Shown one piece after another: positions 58,342-64,000 of a stretch of DNA of 64,000 nt. Position 1 is the first letter of the stretch, and every line of letters begins with the position of its first letter. A model generated the notes under the pieces. That model made no database searches and was not told where the DNA came from. It was given only the letters and a program-made list of their open reading frames with translations. Origin of the DNA: a virus; the IMG/VR virus record IMGVR_UViG_3300027659_000014, positions 1-64,000 of that record; one strand, written 5' to 3'. The translations under genes and the position numbers were made by a program.

Positions 58342-58791
58342 TTAATTGTTCGGTTTAACCGTTATCGTATATTTTCTAGTATAACTAGAATCCTCATTTT
58401 TTACTAACACACCTAACACAGGTGTAAACCCATCTGGGTCATACATAACTGGCGTAATAACAACATTTATGTTAGAGTTTTCTAATTGGGTTTTAATTTG
58501 TTGGGTTATTAACATCTCATTAATTTCTGTAATTACATACTTATCCTTTAACGGTGGTTTGTAACCATATTCCGTTTCTTGTCTCCGCTTCAACCAATTG
58601 TTTGCGGTCAAGTATAAACTTTTATAATTAGTATTCTTTTTAAAATTTTCGATGTTATTTAGAATGTCGTCAATTTGTTGTTTAGAATATTCCAACCTTA
58701 ATTTATTAAATTCATCGACGCTTAAACTTAAATGTGCGAATGCCCTATATGTATTTTCTTTATTATTCTTGTTTGTTGTTATTTTTTTCAT
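58342..58791 (-). CDS. Hypothetical protein
   Basis: 149-aa ORF ([14 protein letters not shown]). Confidence 0.6.
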   Translation of the reverse strand: MKKITTNKNNKENTYRAFAHLSLSVDEFNKLRLEYSKQQIDDILNNIENFKKNTNYKSLYLTANNWLKRRQETEYGYKPPLKDKYVITEINEMLITQQIKTQLENSNINVVITPVMYDPDGFTPVLGVLVKNEDSSYTRKYTITVKPNN

Positions 58792-58809
58792 TTTTAATTA
58801 TTTGTTTGT

Positions 58810-59142
58810 TTATTCTATTATTTTTTCAACATAAGTTGATGTCTCACCTTCAGTAAATCCTTTTTCAATTAATAATGGTAATGAACCTGGTTTACACCAA
58901 GCATATACTGTATACCCACTATAACGAGTTTTAACATATTCCCATCTAGTATCCCATAACTTTCTAAAAATACCTTTTAGTCTATGTTCCTCATGTACCC
59001 AAGCATCTAAGAATTTTATTTTATTACTCTCTTCTCGTTCCATATATATGTGTCCCACAATCTCACCATTTAACATGGCAATCCATGTTTCAAGTTGTTG
59101 AGCATTACTCTTAAGATGAATAATTTTAATATCTTCAATCAT
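58810..59142 (-). CDS. GNAT family acetyltransferase
   Basis: AWVHEEHRLKGIFRKL acetyl-CoA motif; LIEKGF. Confidence 0.8.
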   Translation of the reverse strand: MIEDIKIIHLKSNAQQLETWIAMLNGEIVGHIYMEREESNKIKFLDAWVHEEHRLKGIFRKLWDTRWEYVKTRYSGYTVYAWCKPGSLPLLIEKGFTEGETSTYVEKIIE

Positions 59143-59144
59143 AA

Positions 59145-59363
59145 CTACATTACTATTTTTGGTGGATATCCCAAATCATTATCTATTGGGAATGGATTAA
59201 TAGGTATTGGTATTGACCTATATGGTTCCGCAATACCAAATTTACTTTCTTCTTTTACTTGACCCATTTTTTCAACAATAGGTAAAATTTCTATGTGTTT
59301 GTTTTCAAGTTTACCATAAAGATAACCTTCTAACCAAATATAAAATTCTTTGTGTGTTAACAT
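59145..59363 (-). CDS. Hypothetical protein
   Basis: 72-aa ORF (EFYIWLEGY). Confidence 0.6.
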   Translation of the reverse strand: MLTHKEFYIWLEGYLYGKLENKHIEILPIVEKMGQVKEESKFGIAEPYRSIPIPINPFPIDNDLGYPPKIVM

Positions 59364-59503
59364 AATTCTCTACTATAAAGATTTACTAAAATAATTCTTG
59401 CAAACTTAAAATCTTTTGCTCTGTTTAATTTTAAACCATACGCCAACGCCACACTATTAAGGTGTGGATATGCTTCAGTTAATGTCATTTTACCAATTTC
59501 CAT
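59357..59503 (-). CDS. 48-aa hypothetical protein (missing from ORF track)
   Basis: MEIGKMTLTEAYPHLNSVALAYGLKLNRAKDFKFARIILVNLYSRELC abuts both neighbours. Confidence 0.5.
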   Translation of the reverse strand: MEIGKMTLTEAYPHLNSVALAYGLKLNRAKDFKFARIILVNLYSRELC

Positions 59504-59721
59504 TATTCAAAAATTAAAAATTCTTCATTTACAAATCCACAACTATTACACATATATGTAGGAAACGGAACAATTGTATCTTCGTGACTTCCTGTTAATA
59601 ATTTAGGTACTTTTTTTAACATACTTACTTCTTTAAAAAACTTTGAACCACACTCTTCACAGATTATAGTTGGTTGTATTCTAAGATCAATTTTAGGTTT
59701 TATACTGTTATCTTCTCCCAT
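59503..59721 (-). CDS. Zn-ribbon hypothetical protein
   Basis: CEECG...CNSCG. Confidence 0.7.
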   Translation of the reverse strand: MGEDNSIKPKIDLRIQPTIICEECGSKFFKEVSMLKKVPKLLTGSHEDTIVPFPTYMCNSCGFVNEEFLIFE

Positions 59722-59829
59722 TTTATAATATAATTTATATTTATTTTAATTGTTGTATTGTCCCAACTTGTGTTGGTGAACCAAACTGGTGTAATTATAG
59801 TTTTCATACTCAATAATAGTTTATTTTTA

Positions 59830-60684
59830 TTATTTTGTCAAATACTTTTTCATATCCATTTCAAGAATTGTGTTAATCGTTTTCTTTAAGACTCTATGTT
59901 CAACATATTCTCTTTCTTCCGTTAATAAAACAACAATACAACCCATCAATTTAATGTTCTCATATTTCGTACCCTCTAACATCTTCAATAATAACTTACC
60001 GTAAAATGGTAATTGAGTGTTGTAGTGACCAAGAGCGTTATCAGGTAAATCTTCAAATGGTTTCTTCATTGGTTTTGTAAACTTATTCTTTTCAAAGTTT
60101 TTAGGTTTGTTTGTTTTCCAATCCGTAATTAAAATACCAAGATCACCATTTGTACCAATAATTAACCATACCTTATCGGGTTGCCCTGTATAACCCAATT
60201 CAGGGTGACCCAAAACCATTTCCGTATCAAGTAAAATACAATTACGTTCTTTAAGTAAATCAATGTATTGTTTACCCGCAACAACCATAGTATCTCCTTT
60301 TACAATCTGTTCGGCATCACATTCATAAATTGGTTGTCTAACTTCTTTACTAATACCAAATTCTTCTAAGGTATGTTTTTCTAATAAGAAGTGAACACGA
60401 GAACCCATGTTTGTGGAATATGTTCCAGCGGCAGCCCATTCCTCCAATAATCGTTGTTGTTCATAAGGATCACCATTCGCCTTTCTAAATGAAATTCCTT
60501 CAGAATCAAATTCCGTATAGAAATATTTCATCAATTTAGAAACAGAAGGGAAATCGTCTCTTAATTTACCACTAACATCCAACATTGTGTACTTGTGAGC
60601 ATCTTCTTCAAATGTTAATTGAAACTCTTTTTGTTTTTCTGATATAATTTCTCTGATCTCTTCAGATATTTTTTTTAAATCCAT
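59830..60684 (-). CDS. PD-(D/E)xK (RecB/Cas4-like) exonuclease
   Basis: H.Y...PSVS...GSRVH...E...GQPD...ITDWKTNK...Y..QL..Y; TATCTTTG promoter at 60705-60712. Confidence 0.85.
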   Translation of the reverse strand: MDLKKISEEIREIISEKQKEFQLTFEEDAHKYTMLDVSGKLRDDFPSVSKLMKYFYTEFDSEGISFRKANGDPYEQQRLLEEWAAAGTYSTNMGSRVHFLLEKHTLEEFGISKEVRQPIYECDAEQIVKGDTMVVAGKQYIDLLKERNCILLDTEMVLGHPELGYTGQPDKVWLIIGTNGDLGILITDWKTNKPKNFEKNKFTKPMKKPFEDLPDNALGHYNTQLPFYGKLLLKMLEGTKYENIKLMGCIVVLLTEEREYVEHRVLKKTINTILEMDMKKYLTK

Positions 60685-60726
60685 GTTTTTTTTGTTTTAT
60701 TTTACAAAGATAATACTTTTTTTTTA

Positions 60727-61626
60727 TTAATCCCTAATTTTTACAAAAAAATCTTCAATGTTTCCTTTTAAGTCACAAACATCTTGATCCATAGGTAATC
60801 TAACAATTTTTATTCTATCATATAGTTCACCCCCATTTAACTCTCGATATAATTTAACCGCATTATTAAAAGCGTCACCATCAAGGGATATAATTATATC
60901 TCTTTTAGCTTTATTATATATTTTTTCAAATAAAAGTTCTGACATATGTTTACCTAACATTGGAATTGAGTTGTCCAAGAAAAACCCATCAAAAACCCCT
61001 TCGACTAAGTAAATGTCTTTTTCCCAATCTATTAATCTTTCGTTAAATATAATCTTATCTTTTTCTTCCTCAGGGTTTTTATATTTAAATTTACTTTTTG
61101 TGTCCCAACTGCGAGCAACATAGTAATTTAATTCCCCATTAATATTATATGATGGGACCACAATACGTCCTATATGACTACCACGATCACAAAAACCAAT
61201 ATTATATTTGGTAATGATTTCATCCGTTATTCCCCTACTTTTTAAATAATTATACGCTTGTCTTCTTACTGGGTATACCGGACTTGAATCCGTAAATAAA
61301 GTGAAACCCTCAGGAAGTGTTAATTTTTTTGTTCGTTTTTGTTTTGGCTGTACCGTCTCAGGTTTTAAGATATTATATAATTTCTTTAATTTTTTGTTTC
61401 CGTACTTATCAAAAAGTTTTCCCAAAGATCCGTGAGTTCCATTAGTGTCCCCACACGACCAACATTTGTACACATTATTTATATAGTTAATCTCTAAATT
61501 GTGTTTATTTTTATCGTCATCACAAACCGGACAATTAAATGAAATTTGACCACGATTATGGTAATGTAATCCGTGATCCCCTAAAAGTCCCTCTAATAAT
61601 TCAACAATTGCATCACTTTCTTCCAT
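60727..61626 (-). CDS. DNA primase (Zn finger plus TOPRIM)
   Basis: CPVC...CWSC, YLKSRGI, RIVVP, KYKNP, LVEGVFD, SLDGDA. Confidence 0.88.
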   Translation of the reverse strand: MEESDAIVELLEGLLGDHGLHYHNRGQISFNCPVCDDDKNKHNLEINYINNVYKCWSCGDTNGTHGSLGKLFDKYGNKKLKKLYNILKPETVQPKQKRTKKLTLPEGFTLFTDSSPVYPVRRQAYNYLKSRGITDEIITKYNIGFCDRGSHIGRIVVPSYNINGELNYYVARSWDTKSKFKYKNPEEEKDKIIFNERLIDWEKDIYLVEGVFDGFFLDNSIPMLGKHMSELLFEKIYNKAKRDIIISLDGDAFNNAVKLYRELNGGELYDRIKIVRLPMDQDVCDLKGNIEDFFVKIRD

Positions 61627-61701
61627 TGTTTTAAAAATATAAATAAAATAAAAGAACATATCAACTACACAAGTTTTTAATAAGTTCTATATTTATAAGA
61701 T

Positions 61702-61947
61702 ATGCCAACAAATATAACAATTAATAACGTTACGGGAGCACAACCATTTGATATCTATGTTTGTGATTCACCAATTACTACTTGTATTTATGTCTCAACT
61801 ATTAATACGGTTGACACCTCCAGTCCCTATTATCAGACCCTACCATATAGTTTTGATATTCCTTTAGTTTATTCAAGTTTAACTGAATTTGTTGTTAAAG
61901 TGGTTGATAATAATGATTGTATCGTTACAGATACTTTAAATATATAA
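61702..61947 (+). CDS. Small beta-rich probable virion protein
   Basis: 81 aa, Thr/Val/Cys-rich; TATTTATA at 61690-61697. Confidence 0.65.
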   Translation: MPTNITINNVTGAQPFDIYVCDSPITTCIYVSTINTVDTSSPYYQTLPYSFDIPLVYSSLTEFVVKVVDNNDCIVTDTLNI

Positions 61948-61948
61948 T

Positions 61949-63559
61949 ATGAGTTGTAGTACAGATATTTGTGTTGTTAATTCCGGAATATATAATGATA
62001 ATTATACATTCAGTGGTCAATATGGTGGTATAGATTATTTTGAAAATTCAACCTCATCATATTACATTTTTTATTCTCAAACAGAATTAAGGTGGTGTTT
62101 ATCGTCATACATAGGGGATCCGTGTATTTTATTTGGTCCAACAAATTCCGTTGATCCATGTCCTGATTTTTATTCTGGAATAATAGTTAACGGTTTATGT
62201 CCAACCCCAACTCCTACCCCAACATTAGCTTGTGCTATTGATTTTGACGCAATGTTTGATTGTGATGTATTTGTAACTCCAACTCCAACTCCAACTAAAA
62301 CAAAAACCCCAACACCAACACCAACACCAACAGTAACTAATGTTTGTGGGGGTGTTTCTTTATCTGTTACAGGAAACACATATTCACCAACACCAACTAC
62401 AACACCAACTTTAACTCCAACACCTTCAATTCCAATTGATAGACCATGTAATTTTGATGGTATTGCCAAATTTAATAGTGTTGATGGGTTTATTGTATGT
62501 GCAACCAGTAAAAAATTTGAGGATTGTTTTACTGGTATAGAATACTATACAACACAAACATTATTTGATTCTTTAGGTAATTTATTAGTTGTTGGTGACG
62601 TTTATGGTGGAACAATAAACAGAATATCTTCATGTTTTATTTTTCAAACAATTGTAGATAACATAAGTGGTGGTGACAAAGTTGTTATTACCACAGAATA
62701 TGGACCTTCTAGTCAAGGTAGTTGTTTAAATTGTTTCCCAATTAGTAATACTCCTACATTAACACCTACTATAACACCAACCCCAACAACACCTTGTTTA
62801 TGTTTGTCATATAGAATTTCAAATATAACTGGAAATCCCAACAGTGGTGGTATAGAATTTATGAGTTGTGATAATAAAGATGTTTTATTAAGACCTGGTT
62901 CTATGGGTTGGGATGATTGGTTAAATCATGTTCTAATTATTTGTTCTAAAGATATACCGACACTTAATTCAGGATCTGCAACTATTACAAATATTGGTGA
63001 TTGTTGTAATGGAAATTGTATTCAATACTTATTATTTAATACATCCACAACAGTTCAATCATATGTTTATACAAATTTATTAGGTGTTGTTATAAACCAA
63101 ACATTAAATTCTAACACAAGTATTTTAATTAATTCATTTTCAACACCATATTCTATATATGGTGGAATAAATGTAAACCCCACAGGAAGAGATTGTTTTT
63201 CAACACCGGGATTGACTCCTACCCCAACTAATACACCAACAAAAACTCCAACGCCAACTCCAACGCCAGCTAATCTTCCTTATATAAGTAGTCTTTATTT
63301 TCCTATGAATACCGGTATTATGGTAAATATCTGCATAAATATTAATAACGATGGTGGAAGCCCAATAACACAATGTGGTGTGGTTTACAATACAACAGGA
63401 AACCCAACAACAGCAGATAATATAATTCCATATAATATTCAAATAGGGATTCAATGTCAGAATTTTATTAGACCAATACTAAACCAACCATATTATTTTA
63501 GTGCGTTTGCTACAAATTCTGTAGGAACATTTTATCGTATTTACCCAAATCCAGTATAG
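61949..63559 (+). CDS. Cys-rich protein with Pro-Thr linkers and C-terminal FN3-like domain (probable virion surface protein)
   Basis: Five (PT)n tracts; DGGSPITQCGVVY...YYFSAFATNSVGT. Confidence 0.75.
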   Translation: MSCSTDICVVNSGIYNDNYTFSGQYGGIDYFENSTSSYYIFYSQTELRWCLSSYIGDPCILFGPTNSVDPCPDFYSGIIVNGLCPTPTPTPTLACAIDFDAMFDCDVFVTPTPTPTKTKTPTPTPTPTVTNVCGGVSLSVTGNTYSPTPTTTPTLTPTPSIPIDRPCNFDGIAKFNSVDGFIVCATSKKFEDCFTGIEYYTTQTLFDSLGNLLVVGDVYGGTINRISSCFIFQTIVDNISGGDKVVITTEYGPSSQGSCLNCFPISNTPTLTPTITPTPTTPCLCLSYRISNITGNPNSGGIEFMSCDNKDVLLRPGSMGWDDWLNHVLIICSKDIPTLNSGSATITNIGDCCNGNCIQYLLFNTSTTVQSYVYTNLLGVVINQTLNSNTSILINSFSTPYSIYGGINVNPTGRDCFSTPGLTPTPTNTPTKTPTPTPTPANLPYISSLYFPMNTGIMVNICININNDGGSPITQCGVVYNTTGNPTTADNIIPYNIQIGIQCQNFIRPILNQPYYFSAFATNSVGTFYRIYPNPV

Positions 63560-63681
63560 CGGTATTACTAAATTATTTAGTCCTTCAACAGTTTTATGTG
63601 TATTTGTAATTAAAAATATAAGACAAAAAAAAATATCACCTAAAAAGACGATATTTTCAATTATCGGTTATTTAGACGATA

Positions 63682-64000
63682 TTAATCCCAAATTTTTTTA
63701 CTTCTCATATAACCTAAAACACAAGCATAAGCATCTGTTTGGTCAAAATTTTCTTTCTTTAAAGTATTGTTTTTAGTGTAATGCCATTGTATTTGTGGTT
63801 CTTTTTTTGCAACTAAATCCCAAATAATCATTTTTTTGTCTATATCTTTAGGAAGTCCTCCAAATAAAACATGTTTTTTTTTATCGTTTTCTTTTACTAA
63901 TTCAGGAAACGCAAATTTTCTTGAGTTATATGTAGATATGAATTCAGGAACAATACCTATCATATCATAAATTGTTTTACATATTAATGTATTAAATCTT
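63682..64000 (-). CDS. RuvC-like Holliday junction resolvase (5' part beyond window)
   Basis: SRK...KK.I...NFDQTDAYACVLG C-terminal DxxD motif. Confidence 0.55.
   Translation of the reverse strand, partial: RFNTLICKTIYDMIGIVPEFISTYNSRKFAFPELVKENDKKKHVLFGGLPKDIDKKMIIWDLVAKKEPQIQWHYTKNNTLKKENFDQTDAYACVLGYMRSKKIWD

Noticed and set aside
59830-60684. Cas4 / CRISPR-Cas locus
   Set aside because: It lacks the Fe-S cysteine cluster, and no other cas genes or array are present. It sits beside the primase like a typical phage exonuclease.
1-64000. Stop-codon reassignment, as seen in some large phages
   Set aside because: Long conserved genes are intact in the standard code, and TAA, TAG and TGA all occur as plausible gene ends.
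1-64000. Bacterial chromosome or eukaryotic giant virus origin
   Set aside because: There are no housekeeping operons, rRNA or NCLDV hallmark genes. Bacterial sigma factors, lysis-type genes and dense small phage-type ORFs favour a large bacteriophage, although no capsid or terminase gene lies in this window.

Overview
This is a very AT-rich, gene-dense 64 kb segment, mostly minus strand and in the standard genetic code. It looks like part of a large (jumbo-type) dsDNA phage genome rather than a bacterial chromosome. It carries a DnaG-like primase, an SbcC/SbcD (gp46/47-like) nuclease pair, a PD-(D/E)xK exonuclease, a RuvC-like resolvase, ThyA, two orphan DNA methyltransferases and a probable lysis cassette. 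Host-like genes include DnaK, DnaJ, type II glutamine synthetase, thioredoxin, glutaredoxin, a Nudix hydrolase, an Hc1-like protein and two sigma factors, among many short hypothetical ORFs. About 13 intergenic TAnnTTTG elements match the Bacteroidota housekeeping -7 promoter box, which points to a Bacteroidota host. The most striking unexplained pattern has two coupled parts. First, a second motif, TATTTAT(A/T), sits a few to about 25 nt upstream of a separate set of genes on both strands. Second, many proteins from that set are otherwise unrelated but begin with a shared short leader ending in (I/L)-(I/L)-x-E (e.g. MKELIRKILKEE, MKIILTESQYSTLLNE). I infer a late-expressed, capsid-targeted and protease-matured cargo system. 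Its passengers would include an ECF sigma factor, an ADP-ribosyltransferase-like domain, LRR proteins and a peptidoglycan-binding protein. All family assignments come from motif recognition by eye; no database searches were run.
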